From assembly GCA_963819815.1 (NCBI GenBank), contig CAWFXL010000002.1, positions 1 through 39,507 of the forward strand: DNA of 39,507 nucleotides, read 5' to 3'. Shown here one piece after another: positions 27,754-36,801 of this stretch. Position numbers and translations under genes: made by a program. Below the pieces are notes generated by a model. The model had not been told where the DNA came from, searched no databases, and saw only the letters and a list, made by a program, of their open reading frames with translations. This DNA comes from an uncultured bacterium (GTDB lineage: Bacteria > Babelota > Babeliae > Babelales > Babelaceae). The first letter of the stretch is position 1, and each line of letters begins with the position of its first letter.

Positions 27754-28643
27754 GAGAAATCCCTCAAAAATGTTTCAAGAAATCGACGATTAAACTGGTA
27801 GAACGCGGCAGTTCTTGTTTGCCATGTATTAGTTTTGAAGGCAAAGCCGATCGAAGCAATCGCCCTGCTCACACGCAAAAGGGGCATCATCGCTTCATAC
27901 CTGGGCAGTGGTCGTATACGTGTATACCCTTCTAAAAAAGCTTGCTTAATCTTTGGATCATTCGGCCATCCATCATGCTCCATAGGACAAAAATCTTCCT
28001 CAGCAAAACCCGCACGAGATGATGCCCAATCGATAATGCCCTGCAACTTACCCTTATAGGCGATCACATTTCCCGGACGAAAATCTCTATGGAGAATACA
28101 AGGACCATCGACTGAATCTAAAAGATACGCATGCTGATCAAAATAAAGCTGACACTGCTCAATAAGCTCCTTGGGTAGGTGTTTACCACACTCTTTAAGA
28201 CCTTCTTCGAACTTCATCGTAAATACTATTCGGGGATCGCTAAAGAGTGCATCAGGGCGCGTGAGATCTCCGTAACCCGCTACACGGTATGTGTGAATAC
28301 GAGCCAACAAAGTGCCCATCTCATTGGCAAGAGACTCAGTAAGATCTGCCATTTTAAGGATAGAACCGGGCAAGCATTCCATGAGCACTGCTCCTTTTGC
28401 AGTTCCCTCTGGGGGCACTAGGTTTACTATGCGTGGTACTGGAAGTTTATCAGCAAAGAAGTTCAAGAAATAGACTTCTCGCAGATACTCTTCAGGGCGT
28501 GCACATATTTTTAGAATAAGCTCTGTTTGAGGAAGGCTGACCCGATAGACTATAGCGACAACTCCATCGTCATGCTCAATTAAAGAAAAAGTAGCATCGT
28601 AAAGATTGAGTTTCGCTCGGTAATAAGAAATAAGATCGGTCAT
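27741..28643 (-). CDS. APH/choline-kinase-family phosphotransferase
   Basis: ILKI, LPVPRIV, LMECLPG, LARIH, catalytic LHRDFRPGNV, GIIDW, FLEGY. Confidence 0.88.
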   Translation of the reverse strand: MTDLISYYRAKLNLYDATFSLIEHDDGVVAIVYRVSLPQTELILKICARPEEYLREVYFLNFFADKLPVPRIVNLVPPEGTAKGAVLMECLPGSILKMADLTESLANEMGTLLARIHTYRVAGYGDLTRPDALFSDPRIVFTMKFEEGLKECGKHLPKELIEQCQLYFDQHAYLLDSVDGPCILHRDFRPGNVIAYKGKLQGIIDWASSRAGFAEEDFCPMEHDGWPNDPKIKQAFLEGYTRIRPLPRYEAMMPLLRVSRAIASIGFAFKTNTWQTRTAAFYQFNRRFLETFLRDFSCRY

Positions 28644-28675
28644 ACTACCTACCCTTTCTATCCTATCTATCGTTC

Positions 28676-29218
28676 CTATCCAGCAGAACGCCTTCTCATC
28701 ATCCAGGTCACGGTGCCATTTTGGATGGTCTTAATTTTTTCAAAGCCTGCGTTTTCATAAGCTTTTATGGCTTGCGTATTTTCCGTATCAGGATCGACAA
28801 AGCAGGCATCATAGCTCTGATCTACATAGTCCTGTAAGAACTTCTTCATAACGAGCGTACCGTAGCCCTTTCCTACGTAGGCAGGATCACCAATGAAAAT
28901 ATCGCATGCAGCGAGCGAACGTGGTAGTTCATTGAGCGAAATTCCTCCTTCACGTGCAAACTCATGCGCATTATAGAGTTGTATATAGCCAATCTCTGTA
29001 TCATCGATGCATATAATGAATGCTTGGAGTGGCTTTCGTATACCATCTTCAAGTTTGTAGCCATGCACATAGGAACCATATTTTTCTTTGATCAACTCGC
29101 TGGTCCAATGAACATCTTGGTCCCACCAGGCTTTCACGTGACCAGCTTCAAGCCATGTCAATAAACTTGGTAGATGGCGTTCTTGAAGAGCTGTAAAAGC
29201 TATTTTTAAATTCTCCAT
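28676..29218 (-). CDS. GNAT N-acetyltransferase, AAC(6')-Ib/Ie-like
   Basis: LLTWL...HVKAWW, IGYIQLY, DIFIGDPAYVGKGYGT, VDPDTENTQAIKAYENAGF. Start 29218 (MENLKIAF) fits the family length better than 29284. Confidence 0.85.
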   Translation of the reverse strand: MENLKIAFTALQERHLPSLLTWLEAGHVKAWWDQDVHWTSELIKEKYGSYVHGYKLEDGIRKPLQAFIICIDDTEIGYIQLYNAHEFAREGGISLNELPRSLAACDIFIGDPAYVGKGYGTLVMKKFLQDYVDQSYDACFVDPDTENTQAIKAYENAGFEKIKTIQNGTVTWMMRRRSAG

Positions 29219-29677
29219 ACGTCTTAGTATACCAATTTTCACTTCAAAGCAGAACCCAGGGTTGTCTCCGTAATCTTTGACCATCTAAAATAGCCATTTA
29301 ATCAATAATTTCAAATACACCTTGCTTTAATTAAGCCTCAAAAAGGTCAATCAAAAACCTCTACTCAACATTGCTAGAAAAGAGCTTAGGCCCTGTTTTT
29401 TTTGCGCTTTTTTTACTATCATTTCCCGTGAAATGCACCTGTTAGTGCACAGTTGCACAGTATCTCGGCATACGGCCCACTTGCAAAAAAAAGCCTCTTG
29501 TATACACTCAAAATAAATCAGATATACCCACCTACACAAAACGGGTGAGCTATGAAAGTTGTTAATCCTATCTCCTAGTTTAAAGCAGTAGCCCTATGGC
29601 CCCTGCATTTAGACGTCTTTGTGTTACCTGCATCAAACGCGGGAAAACTACTTTTTAATTAAGCCAAAGGAGTATAC

Positions 29678-30535
29678 ATGGCACTCATGTATTACGTTTC
29701 ATGCGCCTTCATAGGCGTATTAGCAATACACTATGCAAACATAGAGGGATCTGCATCCCTTATTACTGAAAGAACAGAAACAATGATTGAAAAAAGAAAC
29801 CAGAAATCATCAGCCGATTGGATCAATCAGTTGGATGCGACACTTACTAAACAGCACGGGACATTCACCTCAATGGATGCTCACGGCATACCACTTATGT
29901 TAGAATGGGAAAAAGTCGATCCGCAATCACCCCGCATTAATGAGATCATTAAAGAAGCTGCTGAGATTCTTGCGTACACCTATGCTACGATGGAACTGCA
30001 GTTTGCACGTACGTATCCAGAACTGGTAGCAACAGAAATGTTCCTCAAACCGCTCTCACCACTCTTTGCACATTGCGTAGATCATGTTGATTGGAATGCT
30101 GCAGAAGATGTCTTACGAAAGAATCTTATGCAGTTTTTCACGACAACAGATTTTGCAAAGTATGGAAAAGCGCAAGATGTACATCTGTTTGTACTCGCCA
30201 GAGATCCACAAACTAAGACGCTCTTAGGCGTAATCAACTATATAGGTTCGAAGGAATTTGAGTATGGTTCTTTAAAAGTTGCATACTTTGGCGTAACAGC
30301 AACCGCAGTACATCGTGGCATTGATCAAATGCTTATGAGCACCATCTTCAAGTTGGTACCTGAAGTAACACGTCTGTTCCTGCATACACGAATCACCAAC
30401 CAATCAGCTCTCAGCACCTATAGTAGCTGGGGTTTTAGTCAGTTTCCTGGACCGCTTGCCTATTGGACCGACATGGAATATCTGACTACAAAATCTGATA
30501 TGCTCCAAAAGACTGCTGATACACTTAAGCAGTAA
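29678..30535 (+). CDS. GNAT-fold acetyltransferase with N-terminal hydrophobic leader
   Basis: AAGGAG RBS; C-terminal FGVTATAVHRGIDQMLM..LFLHTRITNQSALSTYSSWGF GNAT motifs. Confidence 0.78.
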   Translation: MALMYYVSCAFIGVLAIHYANIEGSASLITERTETMIEKRNQKSSADWINQLDATLTKQHGTFTSMDAHGIPLMLEWEKVDPQSPRINEIIKEAAEILAYTYATMELQFARTYPELVATEMFLKPLSPLFAHCVDHVDWNAAEDVLRKNLMQFFTTTDFAKYGKAQDVHLFVLARDPQTKTLLGVINYIGSKEFEYGSLKVAYFGVTATAVHRGIDQMLMSTIFKLVPEVTRLFLHTRITNQSALSTYSSWGFSQFPGPLAYWTDMEYLTTKSDMLQKTADTLKQ

Positions 30536-30681
30536 GTGCTTATATGTGATTGGATTTGATCCCTGCAAATTCATAGCTTGAGATGCAGCAAGCACCGATG
30601 ATATGAGTTAAACTCATTATCACCGATGCTTGCCTGTTTTCTCTAATACTCTCATGAAAGAAGGCAGCCTATGTCACCTCA

Positions 30682-33072
30682 TTATCCATGACCTGGATTG
30701 GCCACATCCAAGGCAGAGTTCTGTTCGGCCTCTTCTGGAACTGGTTCTTCAACTCTTTGCCTTTTTGCCACCGGTTCTTCTGATGGGCTTGGTACCGGTG
30801 TTAAAACCGGAGCTGGCACGAGATCCGCAAGCGTTTTTTGTGCTCCCTCTTGGAGCTCAGTATAACGAGCATTAATAGCATCATTAATATCGGCTTCAAG
30901 GTCTTGAGTAAGCGCATCCAACTGCTCGATCTTTTTCTTATCATCCTCATTTTCAGCGTCCATATTCCCACGCACAGTATTAACATGTGGTAGAAGTTTT
31001 CCTTGTATATACTCTGTAACATATGTTGCATTGCCATGTTTAAATCTTATCGATGAAAAGAGAATTTGGAGTAGATTCATGTGTGCAGAATCACCAAGGA
31101 GCTCTTGGGGCAATTTCCCTTTTCTGAGCTGATGCAAAAACATGCGTATCACATCATTCCTCGTCTCCGGTAGAGAAAGCAATATTTCAGCGATTACGTA
31201 TGGAGGCAAAATAAAAATTAACTCAATACGCTTATCTACCCTTGCAGTTTTAAAAACTCCTCTTCCTGAAAACCTCTTAATCACTTCAAAAATCCGTCTA
31301 CTCGAGGCCAGAAGCTCTGCTTTTGTAGGCATGTAACCATAAAAACAGTTTCTAATAAGCTCTTTGCGCACCGTAGGAGGAAAGTTTGGCCCTAAAGTCA
31401 TTGTTAAAGGGCTGTCTCCTTCACCATCCACAGCATCTATGCTGGCACCATGCACCAGCAATAACTTCATTATTTCAACCATGTTAAGTTCATTAATTGT
31501 TGCATCCCTGAATTTATCTACCACATAAATTAAAGGAGTCACTTGAGCACTAGTTCTCGCATTCACATTTGCGCCGCGGGAAACAAGTAATCGTGCCGCA
31601 TCTCCATTTTCTGCCTTTACAGCCCGGTGAAGTGGCGTCAAATGAACATTTCCATCCATCATATCTTTTCCTTCAATATTGGCTCCATGATCAAGTAATA
31701 TTTTTGCAAGATCCGAGCCATACCCAGTGCCCACAGCTATATGAAGAGGTAAGGATACGCCATGTTGTCGAAACTCTTTATTAGCACCAGCTTTGCAAAG
31801 AAGCTCAACACAGGTAGGCCTTTTCGATAAAACAGCACAATGTAGTGCCCTCCATGGCCTACCAGGCTGCACATGTTCCGTGCTTGCACCATGTTTCAAA
31901 AGAGCAATAAGACATTTGGGATGTCCTAACGATGCTGCATATGAAAGGGCCGCATTTAGCTCGTTATTCAGAAGCTCTCTGTTGGATGCTGCTGCTTTCA
32001 AGACATCTATACAGAGTGGCTCATCTGCCATAGTTGCTATCAAGAATGCATTATTTGTAGGAACACTCGACTGAGCCCCACTCCTTACAAGATTAGCTAC
32101 CATTTTACTCGAAATACGGTTAAGAGCATAATCAAGAGGCGTCAACCCTGTATTATCACGCATATTGAGAGAAGCTCCTTGTTGTATCAGTTGCATAGCT
32201 ACAAATAGATTATTGTTCTTCGCTGCATCATGAAGAGGAGTCAACCCTTCATTATCTTGAGCATCAAGCAACGCTCCCTGTGCAATTAAAAACTCAAAAA
32301 CTCCTGAATCCCTTTTTCCCGCCAGAATATTTGAGGCATAATAATGGAGAACGGTTTTTCCCGCACGGCTTCGGCGCTGTACTGAAGCATGTCCTGTCTC
32401 AACAAGTAACCGAGCTACCGGAGTCCTGTTACCCGCACCAGGCCGAACATTAATCCACGTGCTTTGAAAGAGTTTATCATTAACAAATAAGTCCATTAAA
32501 GGTGTTCTTCCAGAATTGGATTCAGCTTCAACCTGAGCACCGTGCTCAAGAAGTAGTGCAACAGCTCGACTATCGTTCATATAAGCAGCTATATGAAGAG
32601 GTGTATGGTTTTGAGTACCTACAGAGAAGGCACCAGGATTTGCTTCACGATCTAGCAACAGTTTGAGAACTTCAGGATGGCCAGCACTTACAGCCACACA
32701 AACATAGGGTATATTAAGATCATTATCATTAAGATCAATCCCCTTATCAAGGAAGGCCTTCACCAGGGCAGATTGACCATTCATTATTGCTGCCGTGAGG
32801 ATATTTTGCTTAGGACCTTTCTCATTGAGTAGTACCACAAAGTCTTCTTCATGTCCCTTCAGAGCTGCGAAAAATTGAGATACTTTAGCCGGACGACTGT
32901 TTTCTTCATAGCATTTTTGTGCATCTATTTTAACGCTGGCTACAATATCGTCCCATGATACAACAGCAGGTAACGCTTTTGCCAAAGTAAGCTGAGTGCT
33001 TTCTGAGCCCCATGCCTGGGTAAAGCAGCTCGTAACTATGAGCAGAATAACTCTGAGAATAACTTTATTCAT
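30682..33072 (-). CDS. Large ankyrin-repeat protein with signal peptide, F-box-like segment and C-terminal NLS-like motif
   Basis: About a dozen ankyrin repeats (TPLHIAA, GLTPLHDAA, TPLHRAV). MNKVILRVILLIVTSCFTQAWG leader at ATG 33072 (GAAGGA RBS, 8-nt overlap with the upstream gene). Confidence 0.92.
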   Translation of the reverse strand: MNKVILRVILLIVTSCFTQAWGSESTQLTLAKALPAVVSWDDIVASVKIDAQKCYEENSRPAKVSQFFAALKGHEEDFVVLLNEKGPKQNILTAAIMNGQSALVKAFLDKGIDLNDNDLNIPYVCVAVSAGHPEVLKLLLDREANPGAFSVGTQNHTPLHIAAYMNDSRAVALLLEHGAQVEAESNSGRTPLMDLFVNDKLFQSTWINVRPGAGNRTPVARLLVETGHASVQRRSRAGKTVLHYYASNILAGKRDSGVFEFLIAQGALLDAQDNEGLTPLHDAAKNNNLFVAMQLIQQGASLNMRDNTGLTPLDYALNRISSKMVANLVRSGAQSSVPTNNAFLIATMADEPLCIDVLKAAASNRELLNNELNAALSYAASLGHPKCLIALLKHGASTEHVQPGRPWRALHCAVLSKRPTCVELLCKAGANKEFRQHGVSLPLHIAVGTGYGSDLAKILLDHGANIEGKDMMDGNVHLTPLHRAVKAENGDAARLLVSRGANVNARTSAQVTPLIYVVDKFRDATINELNMVEIMKLLLVHGASIDAVDGEGDSPLTMTLGPNFPPTVRKELIRNCFYGYMPTKAELLASSRRIFEVIKRFSGRGVFKTARVDKRIELIFILPPYVIAEILLSLPETRNDVIRMFLHQLRKGKLPQELLGDSAHMNLLQILFSSIRFKHGNATYVTEYIQGKLLPHVNTVRGNMDAENEDDKKKIEQLDALTQDLEADINDAINARYTELQEGAQKTLADLVPAPVLTPVPSPSEEPVAKRQRVEEPVPEEAEQNSALDVANPGHG

Positions 33073-34771
33073 GGGGGGTTCCTTCACTATCGGTTATTTT
33101 TCTTTTTTTAGGATCAGGTTCTTCCGTTTCTGCTTTGGAGGTTTGAACACCATTGGCAGGAACGTCCTTCTTGCTTTCAATTTCAGCTATTCGTTCATCT
33201 ATGCCTGCTTTAATAATCTCTGAGAAATTTTCCTTTACGGCACGTGGATTACAAAGATCTGCTATACTCTCATGAAAAGCAAATGATGTAGTATGTAAAA
33301 CCGTAAACAAGCACTCTAACCTTAAGATTAGGTCGCTTATTAATGTTCCTCTCCAGTCCCCCTCAAACGATGGGACAACTCCTTTGTTTATTAGGTAATA
33401 CGTTGCCGTCAAACCATTATCTGTCATCTTTGGCCCCTTATCAGCTATGATTTTGACGATTTCTGTTTTGTATTCTTGTGAGGGCTTCCAATCCGCATAC
33501 AACTTCTGTACTGCTTGCGTAAGAGCCTCTTTATCTCCAGATTTGCAAGCCATACACAAGGGATTAGTATCTAAGAAATCTAACGTTGCACCATGAGCAC
33601 GTAATAGCTCTACACAGGGAATACTATTCTTATAAAGAGCTATGAGCAAAGGTGTATGTCCATATACATCTTGCAGCTCCACGGACGCATGCGCAGCTAA
33701 AAGAAGTTGAAGACACTCTGTTGAACCATACCATGCTGCCACATGCAGAGACGTAGTATCTTCTCCACTCCGTCCATTAACCTGCGCTCCAGCACCAATA
33801 AGTTTCTGCACCAAAGATGCGCGATTCCTCATGCACGCCACGGTAAGAGGCCTCCGTCGCATCTCTAGGATTTCGCCCTGATACTCAAAGTACTCTTTAT
33901 TTGCTCCAGCCTTGAGAAGAAGATCCGTGGTCCTTTCACCATTAGACGCACAAGCATAGTGGAGAGCATGAAATAACTTTTTGTGTTGTGAAGTGAGTGC
34001 AACATTCCCATTTGTCTGAGATAAAAGGAAAGGAATAGATAGATGGACTGACACATCAGGATTTGCTCCATGTGCAAGGAGCACTTCTGCACAATCTGTT
34101 CTATTATACCGAAGAGCAAGGGCAAGAGCAAAGTTCTTTTCTTCTTGAGTACAAGAGCCCCTCAAAAGATATCGGAGAGTACCTAAACTGTTAACCAAGA
34201 CACAATAAGGGATAGGCCTGCGCACCATATCAGGAAGATCTTCAACGTGCGCCCCATAATTAAGAAGAATGTAGCATACATCTCCTCCTCTGAGTGCCGG
34301 ACTTTCAAAAGCGAGCATAAGAGGGGTCTTCAGTTCCCGAGTGCGCAGATTCAGTTGAGCCTGATTCTCTAATAAAAACGTAACAATGCCACCATCAGCC
34401 TTAGAAGAAGCAATATGTAAAGCTGTATGACCTGCATTTATTTGGGCATTAACTTGTGCCTTTCCCTTAATAACAAGCTGCTTGACACACTCTAGGTGGC
34501 CATTACTGGTTGCCCAATGAAGCGGAGTGCAGCCCTGTGTATCACACCCATTAACAAGAGCTCCTTGCTCAAGCAGGGTACCAATAAGAACTGCATTGCC
34601 CACTTTTGCTGCTTCGTGAAGCTTTTGCGTTGGCAGATCAAGATGGCTTGTTAATGCTGCATGATTTTTCATGCCGGCAATTTGAGGTGCATTGGTTTCA
34701 ACTCGTGCAGCCTGACTACTGAAAAGTGCGGCTGGAACTAGCACAATGGCTAATATAAGTATTTTTTTCAT
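33065..34771 (-). CDS. Ankyrin-repeat protein with signal peptide and C-terminal NLS-like motif
   Basis: GCTPLHWAT, GHTALHIAS, KTPLMLA, TSLHVAA, GHTPLLIA repeats. MKKILILAIVLVPAALFS leader at ATG 34771; PKKRKI near the C-terminus. Confidence 0.92.
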   Translation of the reverse strand: MKKILILAIVLVPAALFSSQAARVETNAPQIAGMKNHAALTSHLDLPTQKLHEAAKVGNAVLIGTLLEQGALVNGCDTQGCTPLHWATSNGHLECVKQLVIKGKAQVNAQINAGHTALHIASSKADGGIVTFLLENQAQLNLRTRELKTPLMLAFESPALRGGDVCYILLNYGAHVEDLPDMVRRPIPYCVLVNSLGTLRYLLRGSCTQEEKNFALALALRYNRTDCAEVLLAHGANPDVSVHLSIPFLLSQTNGNVALTSQHKKLFHALHYACASNGERTTDLLLKAGANKEYFEYQGEILEMRRRPLTVACMRNRASLVQKLIGAGAQVNGRSGEDTTSLHVAAWYGSTECLQLLLAAHASVELQDVYGHTPLLIALYKNSIPCVELLRAHGATLDFLDTNPLCMACKSGDKEALTQAVQKLYADWKPSQEYKTEIVKIIADKGPKMTDNGLTATYYLINKGVVPSFEGDWRGTLISDLILRLECLFTVLHTTSFAFHESIADLCNPRAVKENFSEIIKAGIDERIAEIESKKDVPANGVQTSKAETEEPDPKKRKITDSEGTPHE

Positions 34772-34842
34772 ATAGGGTAAACCTTTTATAGAGAGTTCGT
34801 GCATGCGAGCACCCAGGAGACTATCTTTCTATCACTACATCA

Positions 34843-34870
34843 ATTCTATCACGCTTCATAAAATTGTCAA
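34843..34870 (-). promoter_or_regulatory. Sigma70 promoter of the ankyrin pair
   Basis: Minus strand TTGACA-16 nt-TAGAAT with an extended -10 TGn. Confidence 0.65.
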
Positions 34871-35212
34871 TTAGAAATTATAGAAGTGCTTCTCTGCCAA
34901 TTTCCCAGTTTAGGAGCTCTCAGTTACTCAATTTGCGTGGATGGAGCCTATGAAAAAACAAGTAGGGAAGATTTATAGCTTACAGACGGTAAGTTATCTG
35001 CGCCAGCATCAGTATGTTCCGTGATTCGTATTCATGGGCATATTTGGTCTTTTTACATGCTACAGTCTTTTTATACAGGATCGTCCTTAGAATCCTTAAA
35101 GCGCTTTTCTGCAAGCTGTTTTCGAGGTTTTTTGCAGCCTTTTTCGATTAATCAGACATTTTCTCATTTCATAGAAGATACAGCTCAGTCACGTAGACTT
35201 ATCATATAAAGA

Positions 35213-35241
35213 TTGTAGGGTTCCAGACTTGCTTGTATACT
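35213..35241 (+). promoter_or_regulatory. Putative sigma70 promoter of maf
   Basis: TTGTAG-17 nt-TATACT. Confidence 0.4.
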
Positions 35242-35291
35242 GCTTAAAATACATTCCTGAACCATAAACCCTTTAAAGCCCTATAAGACCC

Positions 35292-35909
35292 ATGAACTAT
35301 AGCGCTCCTTTATATGTAGCATCCCACTCACCTATGCGGAAAACCTTACTCGAACAGGCCCGAATTCCCTTTACCCTTATTCAACAATCAGCTGATGAGT
35401 CCGCTTGTGATTGGTCGCAAGAGCCCAAGTCCCTTGCTCGTTCTATTGCTCTTTCAAAAATGAATCATGCACGTGTCCCTGCAGGTACTAGCAGCACCGT
35501 ATGTTTTGTCCTGACTGCCGATACGATTTGTGTTGATCAGGAAGGTAAAAGCCACGGCAAACCACGGGATGAAAAAGATGCATTCCATATGCTTAGCCTC
35601 TGGCGCCAAGGAGCTACGGTCATCACAGCATTTTGTCTTGATAAAAAGTCATGGTCTCACGGCAGCTGGCAGACTATAGAGAGAATTGAAGAATCGGTTA
35701 CTTCATCTGTTGAGTTTTCAGTTCCTGATGTATGGTTCAAAGAATACCTCGCTCAAACCCCTTCTATGAACTGTGCAGGAGCTATGCAAATTGAAGACTA
35801 TGGCTTTCAATTTGTGAAGTCGATCACCGGATCCTATACAAATATTGTAGGACTTCCGCTCTTTGAAGTGCGTGAAGCACTCACCAAACTGGGCTTCTTT
35901 ATCTTTTAG
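35292..35909 (+). CDS. maf: Maf-family nucleoside triphosphate pyrophosphatase
   Basis: VASHSPMRKTLL, ADES, IALSK, LTADTIC..HGKP, CAGAMQIE, ITGSYTNIVGLP. Confidence 0.92.
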   Translation: MNYSAPLYVASHSPMRKTLLEQARIPFTLIQQSADESACDWSQEPKSLARSIALSKMNHARVPAGTSSTVCFVLTADTICVDQEGKSHGKPRDEKDAFHMLSLWRQGATVITAFCLDKKSWSHGSWQTIERIEESVTSSVEFSVPDVWFKEYLAQTPSMNCAGAMQIEDYGFQFVKSITGSYTNIVGLPLFEVREALTKLGFFIF

Positions 35910-36784
35910 CGAGCATGCATCATATCTTCAAACATTTTGCGAAGACGGGCAACGCGTTTTTCCATGGGAGGATGTGTTGAAAAAAGAGCAGATAACGTCC
36001 CTGAAAAGAAGGGATTTACAATAAAGAGATGTGCTGTAGTACTATGTTGTGTATCATTAGGGGCAAAGTGCACCTGCTGACTCTTAGCTTGAAGCTTTTC
36101 AAGGGCTGAAGCTAAGGCAAGTGGATCATGAGAAAGTTCTGCCCCAGACTCATCAGCCAAATATTCACGCGACCTTGAGATTGCCATTTGAATAAGGCTT
36201 GCAGCAATCGGCATAAGAATGGCTATAACAAACAGAGCGATCGGATTTACTCGCTGGTCCTTGTCACGAGACATAGAACCAAAAATCGCCATATGCTGCA
36301 TAAGATTAGCAAGGAACCCTATAGCAGTAGCGATTGTAGCCGCCACGGTTCCGATAAGAATATCACGATTGGTTACGTGAGAAAGTTCATGGGCAAGAAC
36401 CCCACGAAGCTCTTGAGGAGTAAGTATCTCCAATATACCTTCAGTAACAGCAACAGAGGCATGCTGCGGATTGCGCCCTGTAGCAAATGCATTTGCAATC
36501 GGTAACGGCACGAGCCATAATGTAGGCATAGGCATCTTCTCTTTTTCGGCAAGTTCCTGGACGATATCATAGATCCACCCATACTTATCCTGATCTAAGG
36601 GGACTGCATTATACATTTTGAGAACTATCTTATCAGAATAAAAATATGAAAATCCGTTCATCACTAAAGAGATACCGGCAAACAATAAGAGTCCGTTAAG
36701 ACCACCTAAGTAGCTCCCTATGAGCATGAGAAGCCCAGACATGGTTGCTAACAATACGGCCGTTTTTACTTGATTAAACCACAT
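35906..36784 (-). CDS. htpX: Zinc metalloprotease HtpX (M48)
   Basis: NQVKTAVLL, YFYSDKIVL, ANAFATGRNPQHASVAVTEG, VLAHELSH (HExxH), ISRSREYLAD, LFSTHPPMEKRVARL. Confidence 0.96.
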   Translation of the reverse strand: MWFNQVKTAVLLATMSGLLMLIGSYLGGLNGLLLFAGISLVMNGFSYFYSDKIVLKMYNAVPLDQDKYGWIYDIVQELAEKEKMPMPTLWLVPLPIANAFATGRNPQHASVAVTEGILEILTPQELRGVLAHELSHVTNRDILIGTVAATIATAIGFLANLMQHMAIFGSMSRDKDQRVNPIALFVIAILMPIAASLIQMAISRSREYLADESGAELSHDPLALASALEKLQAKSQQVHFAPNDTQHSTTAHLFIVNPFFSGTLSALFSTHPPMEKRVARLRKMFEDMMHAR

Positions 36785-36801
36785 AGCTTTTCTCCACTTT
36801 T

